From assembly GCA_963706595.1 (NCBI GenBank), contig OY970166.1:384001-448000 (forward strand): a stretch of DNA of 64,000 bases, read 5' to 3'. Shown piece by piece: positions 18,765 through 28,864 of this stretch. The position numbers and the translations under genes were made by a program. How positions within the stretch are numbered: position 1 is the stretch's first letter; each line of letters begins with the position of its first letter. Below the pieces are notes generated by a model. That model saw only the letters and a program-made list of their open reading frames with translations. It was not told the DNA's origin and ran no database searches. This stretch comes from an uncultured cyanobacterium. Lineage in GTDB: Bacteria > Cyanobacteriota > Cyanobacteriia > Cyanobacteriales > Nostocaceae.

Positions 18765-19340
18765 TTACCAAATCATCTCCAAATTCAAAACAAAACTATT
18801 TAACACGTCTTCCCCTGACACCGTAGCAGGAGACTCCAAAACCTCAACCTCTTTTCCTTGTCTATAAATCTCAACTTGCCGAGATTTACGATTAATTAAT
18901 AAACCTAAACGCACACCATTATCTATATATTCCCTCATCTTTTCCTGTGCAACCTTCAAACTATCACTTGGGGAAAGTAATTCAACCACAAAATCAGGAC
19001 AGATTGGGGGAAACTTTTCTTTTTGCTCCTCACTTAAACTATCCCATCTTGCTAACTTTATCCAAGAAGCACTAGGAGAACGTATCGCATTATTTGGTAA
19101 AATAAAACCGACATCAGAACCAAAAGCTACACCTAGCGATTCATGATCATTCCAATTCGCTAACTGAGCAGTTAAACCAGCATTAATATTGCTAGATATA
19201 CCACCCAATAAAGGCTTTAATATCAGACTACCATCAGCATTACGTTCAAATCTAATTAATTCATTGATTTGACATAATTCAAAAAATTGATTATCTGCTA
19301 TTTGAATTGATGGAGGTAGATAGAGAGTGATAAAATCCAT
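18765..19340 (-). CDS. Uma2 family endonuclease-like protein
   Basis: PDFVVELLSPSD, KMREY.DNGV motifs. Confidence 0.9.
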   Translation of the reverse strand: MDFITLYLPPSIQIADNQFFELCQINELIRFERNADGSLILKPLLGGISSNINAGLTAQLANWNDHESLGVAFGSDVGFILPNNAIRSPSASWIKLARWDSLSEEQKEKFPPICPDFVVELLSPSDSLKVAQEKMREYIDNGVRLGLLINRKSRQVEIYRQGKEVEVLESPATVSGEDVLNSFVLNLEMIW

Positions 19341-19347
19341 ATTTGTC

Positions 19348-19665
19348 CTACACCAATGTCATAACTTTATTATATTCTTCCTTATGACTTTGTAAAGCAT
19401 CCCAAACATCAATCTTTTGCTGAAGATTTAACCACAATCTCGGTCCATTACCTAAAGCTTTACCAAGACGAATTGCCATATCTACAGTAATTGATTTCTC
19501 CCCATTAATAATTTCCTGAATTGTTTGATTAGATACTCCTAACATTTCGGCAAAATTGTTAGGATTAATCTCTAAATCATCTAAAATATCTGCTATTACT
19601 TCACCTGGATGTATTGGTCTTACTAATCTATTTTGAGTAATATCTTGTAAATTATTCATAATCAA
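19348..19665 (-). CDS. higA: HigA family antitoxin
   Basis: PIHPGE, HTH, ITVDMAIRL..LWLNLQ. Confidence 0.85.
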   Translation of the reverse strand: MIMNNLQDITQNRLVRPIHPGEVIADILDDLEINPNNFAEMLGVSNQTIQEIINGEKSITVDMAIRLGKALGNGPRLWLNLQQKIDVWDALQSHKEEYNKVMTLV

Positions 19666-19680
19666 TACTACTTAAGTATT

Positions 19681-20016
19681 TTAACTCACAGCATATTCTG
19701 TAAACTGCCTCATAAAAGGAGACTGAAAACCTAACACAATATCCTCCTTGGAAACTCCAGCAGCTACCAAATTAGCAGCAATATCATCCTCTGTACCATT
19801 CCATTGCAGCCAAATTTTTCCACCTTTAATATCAATATGAATGATACAACTATGTACCCAATCTTGACCTTCCCAACCGACATGAACTATTTGATAATGA
19901 TCACGTTCTGTATCAAAAATTGTCTCAACTTCTATATTGCCGTAAGCTGGTTTTTGCTCACTATATTCCTGTAATATTTGTTGTACAAGCTGGCGATACC
20001 TAGTTAATTTATCCAT
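19681..20016 (-). CDS. xisI: XisI protein
   Basis: DHYQ...HIDIK.GKIW...DIVLGF. Confidence 0.9.
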   Translation of the reverse strand: MDKLTRYRQLVQQILQEYSEQKPAYGNIEVETIFDTERDHYQIVHVGWEGQDWVHSCIIHIDIKGGKIWLQWNGTEDDIAANLVAAGVSKEDIVLGFQSPFMRQFTEYAVS

Positions 20017-20423
20017 TTAAAAATCACCTCTTTCTCTACATCGTAAACAAGCATTTTTAACCGATTCTCTGATATCATATCTTTGGGAAAATCAAGTTGA
20101 AAAAATGTTTTGTAAGTTGTTAAAGGGACTGCTAAATATAAAACACGCTCCGGTTGTAATCTTCTCAATGCACCTCGATAATTAATAAATTGTCCTAATG
20201 CTGTATGAAATTCCGAAATAGCAGACGATTTTTCTAAAAAACTTTTGACTTCGACTGCAATTTTTTGTCCTTCCCGTTCTGCGGCTATCAGCTTTTCTGC
20301 GGCCAAATCAATAGAAAGATTAACTCCTCCTACACTAATTGTAAGTGGGTCATTAGTAACTTGCCAACCATCTTTTTGTAAAGCTATTTTGACAACTCCA
20401 TGAAAAATATCTTTAGCTGACAT
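20004..20423 (-). CDS. xisH: XisH protein
   Basis: AKDIFH..V..AL.KDGW, IAVEVKSF, ALGQFINYR. Confidence 0.9.
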   Translation of the reverse strand: MSAKDIFHGVVKIALQKDGWQVTNDPLTISVGGVNLSIDLAAEKLIAAEREGQKIAVEVKSFLEKSSAISEFHTALGQFINYRGALRRLQPERVLYLAVPLTTYKTFFQLDFPKDMISENRLKMLVYDVEKEVIFKWIN

Positions 20424-20470
20424 ACATATCTATAATTATATTGCTTATTCTATAATTACAGTACCAGGAA

Positions 20471-20528
20471 GCGATACCTTCGGTCAGCTTCCCTATCACA
20501 TTCCCCACATCCCCAAAACAGCGATCGC
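20471..20528. repeat. HIP1 variant with a 21-nt insertion, followed by one inverted unit of the 27.6 kb array
   Basis: GCGATACCTTCGGTCAGCTTCCCTATCAC then CCCCACATCCCCAAAACAGCGATCGC. Confidence 0.55.
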
Positions 20529-20565
20529 ACATCTTTACATTCCCAATATCTAATACAACTTCATA

Positions 20566-21783
20566 TCATGAATCAATAGGTTTTTCCACAGCATTAGTTA
20601 GCACTTCATTTATCCAACTCTTAATATCCATACCAGATTTTTCCGCAGCAATATAAATTTTATGATGATTTTCAGGGGTTGTTTTAATCTGTATATTACC
20701 TGTAAATTTAGTTTTTACTTTTCCTTCATTTGCTTTAGCTGCACTGAACAATACTCCAATGTTTGACAATTTTGAAAGCTTTCTATCTATTTCTCCCCAT
20801 TTTTTAAGTGTATCATGAATGTTTTGCTCATATAGTAATTTTTTTGCTTGAACCTTCCAGTTGTCTATTTGTTTTTTTGATATATTTCCCATGCCATATT
20901 CATCTTTGATATATTGAAGAAAATTGTCTATATCTTCTTCACTAATAGGTGTATCATCTCTTTGATTAATTGGCTCATCATTAAGTAATTTTTCTAGTTC
21001 TTCGTAAAATATTTTAGATGAACTCAAGGAATTAATTACATAGATAATCATCTTATTTAAGATATGTATTCTTCTTATTAAATCATTAGATAATATTTGA
21101 TTAATGTTTTGGAAATATATCTTATCTGCTTCTAATTCATATTGACTCAGCACCTTTTCTATTAATTCATAATAGGTGATACAGTCATGTTCTAAAAACT
21201 TATTTAACAAACCTTTCGATTCTATATATTTAAGCAGTTTTTGCTCTTCCCAATGGTTGAGATTTTCATGATGAACAATTAGATCATATTCATAGTCTGC
21301 TGGATATAACGTAGCTGCTTTTAGAATCTCTATTATTATTTGATAATAAATTTTAACTAAGCAAATTATCACTTCATCTTCTCTCAACTTAGCCTCGTGA
21401 AAAGTGTCATTTCTTAACCGACGCATTTCTACTATGAATTGATATTGTTGTTCATCTACAACCCAACCAAATTCTTTTTTTATAAACTTTACTCTTTCGT
21501 TGAAATGCTCTCTTATCTCAATCATTACTCGATCATTTATTTCTAACTGATACTCATGTCGAGATTGACTAATAAAGTGACCTGTGATTATATCTGCTGA
21601 ACTATCTAGTAAAAAAAGGGCTATTCTAGCTCCGAGTATATTATTCTGTTTTAGTTGAAATTGAACAGCTTCAATTTGTTCAAGATGTTTAATAAGCTCT
21701 AAATCGGAAAAGTTTCTAGGGTATGCCATTTTAGTATTCAGTAAATGATAAATATTGTTTAACTTCAACAAAAAACCAATCAA
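20566..21783 (-). CDS. Hypothetical protein with a putative HEPN-like N-terminus and HicB-like C-terminal RHH
   Basis: RNDTFH (RX4H); C-terminal FTGNIQIKTTPENHHKIYIAAEKSG; very AT-rich. Confidence 0.55.
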   Translation of the reverse strand: MIGFLLKLNNIYHLLNTKMAYPRNFSDLELIKHLEQIEAVQFQLKQNNILGARIALFLLDSSADIITGHFISQSRHEYQLEINDRVMIEIREHFNERVKFIKKEFGWVVDEQQYQFIVEMRRLRNDTFHEAKLREDEVIICLVKIYYQIIIEILKAATLYPADYEYDLIVHHENLNHWEEQKLLKYIESKGLLNKFLEHDCITYYELIEKVLSQYELEADKIYFQNINQILSNDLIRRIHILNKMIIYVINSLSSSKIFYEELEKLLNDEPINQRDDTPISEEDIDNFLQYIKDEYGMGNISKKQIDNWKVQAKKLLYEQNIHDTLKKWGEIDRKLSKLSNIGVLFSAAKANEGKVKTKFTGNIQIKTTPENHHKIYIAAEKSGMDIKSWINEVLTNAVEKPIDS

Positions 21784-21841
21784 AACTTTCTTTGATTGGT
21801 TACTTACACCTTAAAAAGCACCTTTTGTTATACATAATAAG

Positions 21842-22423
21842 CTACCAAATTATCCCTAAATTCAAAACAAACCCCTTTAAAACATCTTCCCCCGAAACCG
21901 TAGCAGGAGAATCTAAAACCTCAACCTCTTTTCCTCGTCTATAAATCTCAACTTGCCGAGATTTACGATTAATTAATAAACCTAAACGCACACCATTATC
22001 TATATATTCCCTCATCTTGTCCTGTGTAGTCTTCAAACTATCACTAGGAGAAAGTAACTCAATTACAAAATCTGGACAAATGGGAGGAAACTTTTGTTTT
22101 TCTTCATCACTTAAAGCATTCCATCTTTCTAACTTTATCCAAGAAGCATCAGGAGAACGATCTGCACCATTAGGCAATTTAAAACAGGTAGAAGAATCAA
22201 AAGCTATTCCCTTACCATCAGCATCAGTCCAATTAAATAATTGTTGATTTAGTCTACCATTACGATTTCCCGTTTCTCCTCCCGTTGGTGGCATAATTAT
22301 TAAATCACCATTTGCTGTTCTTTCAAATCTCAATTCCCGGTTGTTTTGACATAGCTGAAAAAACTGCTCATCAGTCATATCTATCACTGATTTTAAATTG
22401 ACAGTTAAAGCATTCATAGCCAT
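21842..22423 (-). CDS. Uma2 family endonuclease-like protein
   Basis: RSPDASW, PDFVIELLSPSD. Confidence 0.9.
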   Translation of the reverse strand: MAMNALTVNLKSVIDMTDEQFFQLCQNNRELRFERTANGDLIIMPPTGGETGNRNGRLNQQLFNWTDADGKGIAFDSSTCFKLPNGADRSPDASWIKLERWNALSDEEKQKFPPICPDFVIELLSPSDSLKTTQDKMREYIDNGVRLGLLINRKSRQVEIYRRGKEVEVLDSPATVSGEDVLKGFVLNLGIIW

Positions 22424-22619
22424 ATCCTACAATTACAAAAATTGTTATTTCGCCCAAATCATGAACTAATCTCTCTCTTCCTTTGCTCCTTAGCACCTTT
22501 GCGCGAAACCCACAACAATTATATCAAATTCCCAACACCTCTCTGCGCCTCTGCGCCTCTGCGTGAAAAAAAATCAACTCATTTAAAAATAGGCAGGTAT
22601 AAAACCTGCCCATGTAATC

Positions 22620-25600
22620 CTATTCTATGCCTTCAATCCGGTCTTCAACCTCTTGGTACAACTCGCGCAGACAATCTAAATTATCGTCGCTAGTCTCCCA
22701 ATAACCGCGACCATTCATTTCCAACAACGTGGAAACAATCTTGCGGAAAGAATGGGGGTTGAGATTCATCAACCGTTTCTGCATTTCTTCATCTTTGATG
22801 AAGGTTTCGTTGGTATCCTCATAAATCCAGTTATCCACAGCGCCGGCGGTCGCACTCCAACCAGTGGTATTTACTAACCGCTTGGAAAGTTCGCGTACAC
22901 CTTCGTAACCGTGAGATAACATCCCCTCGTACCATTTGGGATTTAACAACTTGGTACGCGCATCTAAACGCACGGTTTCGGTTAACGATCGCACTTGTGC
23001 ATTCGCTGTGGTAGTGTCTGCAATGTATGATGCTGGTGTCTTACCATCTTTACGCAGACTTGCGACTAACTTAGTAGGATCTGAGTCAAAGTAGTGGGAA
23101 ACGTCCGTTAAGCTAATCTCCGAAGAGTCCAGGTTTTGGAATGTAGCATCAGCAGTTTTCAAAGAGGTTTCAAACATCTGCCGTGACTCATCCATCACAC
23201 CGGGGTTATCGGAATTGAAGGAGAATGATTTCCGTCTCAGGTACATTTCCTGCAACTCGGCTTCACTATCCCAAGTGCTGTTTTCTACCGCCAAGTTGAT
23301 ATTTGACGAGTAAGAACCAGAAGCATTGGAGAATACGCGAGTCGCTGCTTGTCTGAGGTTAATTCCCATTTCCTCAGCTTGTTTCAAAGCGTGTTGGCGA
23401 ACAAAGTTCATTTCTAAGGGTTCATCAGCCTCAGCAGCCATTTTCACGCCTTGGTCTAGGAGGTTCATTTGGTTAATGAACAAGTCGCGGAATACACCAG
23501 AACAGTTGATAACTACATCAATTCTGGGTCGTCCCAACTCTTCCAAAGATATTAACTCTAACTTGTTCACCCGTCCCAAAGCATCGGGAACCGGACGCAC
23601 ACCAATCATCCACATGATTTGTGCCAGGGATTCACCGTAAGTTTTGATGTTATCGGTTCCCCAGAGAACACAGGCGATGGTTTCTGGCCATTTACCCTCA
23701 TTTTCTGCCTTGTTACGTTCCAAGAGCCGATCTACAACGATTTTGGCTGATTGGACTGCGGCGGCTGTGGGAATTGATTGGGGGTCTAGGGCGTGGATAT
23801 TCTTACCTGTAGGCAATACATCCGGGTTGCGGATGGGATCTCCACCAGGGCCAGGTAGAACATATTCGCCTTCTAAGCCTTGGAGTAATGCGCCGAGTTC
23901 GTTATCTGCACAAACTTGTTTTAAGCAGAATTCCAAATACTCAAACACTGGTTTTAAGGCTTCTGGGTCAACTTTGGGATAGCCGGCTTTATGTAAAGCT
24001 TCTACCCAAGGTTCTTTTTTACCCATGTTGAAGAAGTTCAACCGGGAAACCAAAGAAACTCTGCCTTCAGCGTCGGTTTGCGCTTTTACCAGTGCGCCCA
24101 CTGCGTCACGGGTGGCTAGGGTGATGTCTTGTAATAATTGGACATCTTCTAAGTTGCCGAGGTCGCTGTTTTTGTAAATGTCGTCTATGTCACGCCCGAT
24201 GCTGCTGGCAATTATCCGGGGTAAGCTGAGAAGTTCTTCTTCTTGACGATCTAAACTACCAATGTTAACTAGGGTAGCTACTGCTTCTTCCGCACTTGGT
24301 GGTTTACCAATGACGTGCAACCCACAAGGTAACAACCTAGATTCAATTTCCATTAACTTCCGGTAGACGCTACCAACGATATGATCTCGCTCATCGGCGG
24401 TCATGTCTTTGGCATCGGTTTCTGGTAAGTTAATATCTTTATCCAGGTTGACGATCCGGCATTTATCCATGATCGTGTTGACAATGGGAATACCGCGCCC
24501 ACTATCTTTTAAGGTTTGGTATGAAGCGATTAATTCGCTGAGTTCTTTCAAACCTTTGTATAACCCGGCGTTTTCTGCGGGTGGTGTCAGGTAGGAAATT
24601 GTTTCAGCGTAACTGCGGCGTTTGGCAATTGTCGCTTCACTGGGGTTATTGGCTGCGTAGTAATACAGGTTGGGAATTGAACCAATTAAGTTGTCTGGGT
24701 AACAGTCTCCAGACATCCCCATTTGCTTACCGGGCATGAATTCCAAGGAACCATGTGTACCAAAGTGCAGTACGGCATCCGCGCCCCAAATTTGCTCTAG
24801 GTAGGTGTAATAAGCTGCAAACCCGTGGTGAGGACTGGCTGAACGGGAGAACAATAGCCGCATCGGATCGCCTTCGTAACCAAATGTGGGCTGTACGCCG
24901 ATGAAGACGTTACCAAATTGTTTTCCGTAAATCAGCAGGTTCTGCCCATCGCTGTTGAGGTTTCCGGGAGGTGGTCCCCAGTTTTCTTCTAGGCGTTGGG
25001 AGTAGGGGGTGAGTGCTTCATACTCTGGGACTGACATCTTGTAAGCGATGTTCAGTTCTGGGCTGGAATACTGTGCCTGTGCATCGTGGATGACTTGTTC
25101 CATTAACGCTTGAGCGCTTTCGGGAACGTCTTGCACGTCGTAGCCGTTGTTTCTTAGCCCTTTTAATACTTCAAATATGGAACCGAATACATCTAAGTAA
25201 GCTGCGGTTCCCACGTTGCCTTTATCTGGAGGGAAGCTAAAAACGGTGATGGCAACTTTTTTGTCGAGTTTGGGCTTGCGGCGCAGGTTAGCCCATTTTA
25301 AGGCTCTTTGGGCTATGGCTTCTACTCGATCTTGGAGAGCGTGTGCTTTTCCTGTCGCCCCATCTCTACCTGATAAAATTATCGGCTCAATGGCTCCATC
25401 TAATTCAGGAATAGCAATTTGTAAAGCTACTTGAATGGGATGTAAACCCAAGTCGCTATCCATCCACTCTTCTGTGGTTTGGAAGACTAAGGGCAACGCT
25501 ACCATATAAGGACGATTCAGGCGTTTGAGTGATTCAATGGCTTTGGGATGGTCTTGTCTAGCTGGACCACCAACTAAGGCAAACCCAGTCAAGGAAATCA

Positions 25601-26606
25601 CTGCATCAATCAGCGTTGTGTTGGTAGTTGGTTCATAAAAGTAAGCATCCACGGGTTTGGAGAAATCCAATCCCCCAGCAAATACAGGAATTACTCTGGC
25701 TCCAAGTGATTCCAATTCCTGGACAATGGCTACATAATGGGCATCATCACCTGTGACTAGGTGCGTGCGTTGTAATACTAAACCCACACAAGGAGCTAAG
25801 GGATCTTTTAAATCACTAGAAATATCTTTGCGGGCGCTGTACCAATTCAGGTATTCTCTTATATCCTCAAACATCGTAGTCGCCAAAGGATGCCAAATTC
25901 CCATATCGGGATACACAACTGGCGCTTCATACTTAGCAGCAGCAAAGCTTTCTTTTTCTGCGCCTTTTAACACGTATTTATCAGCCAACATCAGCAGGAA
26001 GTTTTCCAGGTTTTCGGCTGAACCACCTAACCAATACTGAAAACTCAGCATGAAGTTACGCGCGTCTTGTGCTTTTTCCATTGGTAGGAATTTCAGCACT
26101 TGGGGGAGAGTTCGCAGCAACTTCAGCATTCCATCTTGGAAGCCAGCGCCGGATTTTTCTTTGCGCTTCTTCATGAAGTTGGCGATAACGCTCTTAGATT
26201 GCCCTAATTGCGCCAAAGAGAAGCTACCCATTTTATTCAGGCGCATTACTTCTGGCATGGAGGGGAAGACAACCGATACATCTAGATTATCACGATGTGG
26301 TTCAACCGCCGCAACTACTTTTTGTGCTAGGTCTTCAATAAAAATTAGAGAAGCAATGAATATATTAGCGCTGGCTATATCGCGCTTGAAATCCTCATAA
26401 TTGTCTGAGTTGCGTAGTTCTTCAATCAAGTAACCACTAATTTCAATGGCGACGCTGGGATGATTGGCGTTAATTTCCCGCACTGCTTGAGATAAGGAAC
26501 TTTGATATTGGGACTCAAGAACAATGTAAACGACCTTGATTAACTTACGTCCCCGTAAATCGTCAGGTGCAATATGTCGAATTGTGGACTTGACCTGGGT
26601 GAACAT
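22620..26606 (-). CDS. chlH: Magnesium chelatase subunit H
   Basis: 1328 aa; [23 protein letters not shown]. Confidence 0.97.
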   Translation of the reverse strand: MFTQVKSTIRHIAPDDLRGRKLIKVVYIVLESQYQSSLSQAVREINANHPSVAIEISGYLIEELRNSDNYEDFKRDIASANIFIASLIFIEDLAQKVVAAVEPHRDNLDVSVVFPSMPEVMRLNKMGSFSLAQLGQSKSVIANFMKKRKEKSGAGFQDGMLKLLRTLPQVLKFLPMEKAQDARNFMLSFQYWLGGSAENLENFLLMLADKYVLKGAEKESFAAAKYEAPVVYPDMGIWHPLATTMFEDIREYLNWYSARKDISSDLKDPLAPCVGLVLQRTHLVTGDDAHYVAIVQELESLGARVIPVFAGGLDFSKPVDAYFYEPTTNTTLIDAVISLTGFALVGGPARQDHPKAIESLKRLNRPYMVALPLVFQTTEEWMDSDLGLHPIQVALQIAIPELDGAIEPIILSGRDGATGKAHALQDRVEAIAQRALKWANLRRKPKLDKKVAITVFSFPPDKGNVGTAAYLDVFGSIFEVLKGLRNNGYDVQDVPESAQALMEQVIHDAQAQYSSPELNIAYKMSVPEYEALTPYSQRLEENWGPPPGNLNSDGQNLLIYGKQFGNVFIGVQPTFGYEGDPMRLLFSRSASPHHGFAAYYTYLEQIWGADAVLHFGTHGSLEFMPGKQMGMSGDCYPDNLIGSIPNLYYYAANNPSEATIAKRRSYAETISYLTPPAENAGLYKGLKELSELIASYQTLKDSGRGIPIVNTIMDKCRIVNLDKDINLPETDAKDMTADERDHIVGSVYRKLMEIESRLLPCGLHVIGKPPSAEEAVATLVNIGSLDRQEEELLSLPRIIASSIGRDIDDIYKNSDLGNLEDVQLLQDITLATRDAVGALVKAQTDAEGRVSLVSRLNFFNMGKKEPWVEALHKAGYPKVDPEALKPVFEYLEFCLKQVCADNELGALLQGLEGEYVLPGPGGDPIRNPDVLPTGKNIHALDPQSIPTAAAVQSAKIVVDRLLERNKAENEGKWPETIACVLWGTDNIKTYGESLAQIMWMIGVRPVPDALGRVNKLELISLEELGRPRIDVVINCSGVFRDLFINQMNLLDQGVKMAAEADEPLEMNFVRQHALKQAEEMGINLRQAATRVFSNASGSYSSNINLAVENSTWDSEAELQEMYLRRKSFSFNSDNPGVMDESRQMFETSLKTADATFQNLDSSEISLTDVSHYFDSDPTKLVASLRKDGKTPASYIADTTTANAQVRSLTETVRLDARTKLLNPKWYEGMLSHGYEGVRELSKRLVNTTGWSATAGAVDNWIYEDTNETFIKDEEMQKRLMNLNPHSFRKIVSTLLEMNGRGYWETSDDNLDCLRELYQEVEDRIEGIE

Positions 26607-26968
26607 TCAGATAGGCTCCTTTGAGGCGTGTTCTCATGAAGTTCATCATGGCTGATATGGCCGTTTGTAACTTCAATTATTTTCGGCAATAAGAGTTTTT
26701 TAGCAGAAAACTCCTATTCTGTGGGGATTTTGTCCCCTACATGACACAAAATGATATAAAAAACGTCATTTTATTTAACAAATCTTAATAAAGAATAAAG
26801 TATTTGCTGTTTATTTGTAAATTCTGTTGACATAAAGAATCTTTCATGTAATAAAAGATTCACACTGTCAGTATTGTGGTATTCTGGTTTTGAGTTTGAG
26901 GGCGATCGCTCTTGCTTTATCTAGCAGTGAGTGTTCGAGATGAGTTGAAAAGTTTATGTCGTTAATTT

Positions 26969-27631
26969 ATGCCCTTAGTAAGAGTCCCTATTGGTAGGAA
27001 ATATACAGTCACAGCTACTGGATCGCTAATAAAACAAGTCTGTTGTGAAAAATGTAATTATGAATATCAATATAAAGTTCAAAGGATTGGAACAGGTTAT
27101 GGAACGAGTTTATTATGGCTAGATAATGATGGGGCTAGTCAACGAGCTAATAGAAATGCTAGTTCTGATCTTGATAAAAAACTTGCCAGAGCAATAGAGC
27201 CAATTCCCTGCCCGTCTTGTCGCTGGTATCAGCGTAATATGATTAGCATCGTAAAGTTAAGGGAGGCAAAAAATACCTTACTCTTTGGTTTACTGACAGC
27301 ATTTGTCATTTTTTTAGTATCGTCGCTTGGAGCTTCAGTATTTAAGAAATTGGCCCCATTATTTTCAATTTTAATTCAGATTTCTGTTTTGTTGGTGCCG
27401 TTCTCATTTATAACCGCATCTGTTTGGTATATATTGTTTAATCCTAATAAGGATATTCCTTTGGGAAAATTAATTAGATATAAATTTATCAGTTTTAAAA
27501 ATAAATTTAAGTATAAAAACTCGATTGTAGTTAACTGTAGTAGTTGTGGTCAAAAAATCAGATTTCCTAATAAAGAAAATATAAAAATATCCTGTCCGAA
27601 GTGTAAATCAACATTTATTAATACGTTATAG
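26969..27631 (+). CDS. Membrane protein with CxxC zinc-ribbon motifs
   Basis: Four CxxC pairs and two hydrophobic helices. Confidence 0.65.
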   Translation: MPLVRVPIGRKYTVTATGSLIKQVCCEKCNYEYQYKVQRIGTGYGTSLLWLDNDGASQRANRNASSDLDKKLARAIEPIPCPSCRWYQRNMISIVKLREAKNTLLFGLLTAFVIFLVSSLGASVFKKLAPLFSILIQISVLLVPFSFITASVWYILFNPNKDIPLGKLIRYKFISFKNKFKYKNSIVVNCSSCGQKIRFPNKENIKISCPKCKSTFINTL

Positions 27632-27641
27632 AAGTTGCTGT

Positions 27642-28106
27642 GTGATCGCTTTTGGGGATGTTGGGTGCGATAGCGCAAGCGCTGACTTGTCAGTTCGTTT
27701 TTGGGGATGTTGGAGTGCGATCATTTTTTGGGATGTTGAAGTGCGATCGTTTTTGGGAATGTGGGAGAGCGATCGCTTTTTGGGGATGTGGGAGGGCGAT
27801 AGCGCAAGCGCTGACTTGTCAGTTCGTTTTTTGGGATGTTGGGGTGCGATCGTTTTTGGGATGTTGAGGTGCTATCACTGTTTGGGTTTGTGGGGTGCGA
27901 TCGTTTTTGGGGTGTTGGGAGTGCGATAGCGCAAGCGCTGACTTGTCAGTTCGTTTTTGGGGTGTTGGGAGTGCGATAGCGCAAGCGCTGACTTGTCAGT
28001 TCGTTTTTGAGATGTTGGGGTGCGATCGTTTTTGGGATGTTGAGGTGCTATCACTGTTTGGGTTTGTGGGGTGCGATCGCTGTTTAGGATGTTGGAGTGC
28101 GATCGC
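27642..28106. repeat. Tandem array of ~24-26 nt HIP1-containing G/T-rich units; four units carry a 24-nt insertion
   Basis: Unit ~GTGCGATCGTTTTTGGGGATGTTGG; TAGCGCAAGCGCTGACTTGTCAGT at 27671, 27800, 27927 and 27977. Confidence 0.9.
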
Positions 28107-28122
28107 CTAAAATTAGAGTAGT

Positions 28123-28151
28123 GCGATCGCGAAGCGCTCCGTAGGAATCGC
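28123..28151. repeat. HIP1 site with a 21-nt insertion
   Basis: GCGATCGCGAAGCGCTCCGTAGGAATCGC. Confidence 0.65.
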
Positions 28152-28224
28152 CTGAATAATCTATAACTTGTGGCATAATCATAATGTAAATTTTAGGAAT
28201 AGAAATTTAAAATTTAGTATAATA

Positions 28225-28515
28225 ATGAATAAGTTGGAATTTACTTGGGATTCACAAAAAGCCGAGAGTAATATTCAAAAACATGGAATTTCTTTTGAAG
28301 AAGCAAAATCTGCCTTTGTTGATGATAATGCTCGTTTAATTTATGATCCCGATCATTCTCAAGGTGAAGATAGATTTATTTTATTAGGAATCAGTGTTTA
28401 TTATCGCCTTTTAGTTGTTTGTCATTGTTATCGAGAAAATGATACAATAATTCGGATTATTTCAGCTAGAAAAGCAAATAAACTAGAACAAAAACAATAT
28501 CAGGAGTTCCTATGA
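28225..28515 (+). CDS. brnT: BrnT family toxin
   Basis: FTWD..KAE.N..KHGISFEEA...RIISARKA; ATG at 28225 preferred. Confidence 0.9.
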   Translation: MNKLEFTWDSQKAESNIQKHGISFEEAKSAFVDDNARLIYDPDHSQGEDRFILLGISVYYRLLVVCHCYRENDTIIRIISARKANKLEQKQYQEFL

Positions 28516-28727
28516 GAGAAAATTATGATTTTTCTAAATCCGTCAAAAATCCCTATTCTAAACAATTAAAAGAACAAGTTACAATTGATTTAGAAAAGGA
28601 GATTATTCAATACTTTGAAGAAATAGCTCAAGAAACAGGTATTTCTTATTTGAATTTAATTAATCTTTATCTGCGTGAATGTATGGAAAATAAACGCAAA
28701 TTATCGTTAATGGAAAGCAACAATTAA
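28512..28727 (+). CDS. brnA: BrnA family antitoxin
   Basis: MRENYDFS...VTI.L...I.YF...Y..LINLYLR; overlaps the brnT stop (ATGA). Confidence 0.85.
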   Translation: MRENYDFSKSVKNPYSKQLKEQVTIDLEKEIIQYFEEIAQETGISYLNLINLYLRECMENKRKLSLMESNN

Positions 28728-28864
28728 TCGCCATTTAGGAATAAGTTGGGAGTGCGATCGCCCCTCTTGCTAAGGTGCGTTAAATTTCATTAATGAACTT
28801 TTTGTAGGCGTTGCTGATTTCATGTATGAAAATGATATTACGTGATTTCAAAACCCAATGACTA

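Noticed and set aside
19681..20423. fdxN excision element
   Set aside because: xisH/xisI are present but there is no xisF recombinase or nif context; such pairs are commonly dispersed
27642..28110. Possible CRISPR array, and three overlapping ORFs
   Set aside because: The 'spacers' are themselves repeats of irregular length and no cas genes are present; the ORFs are repeat translations
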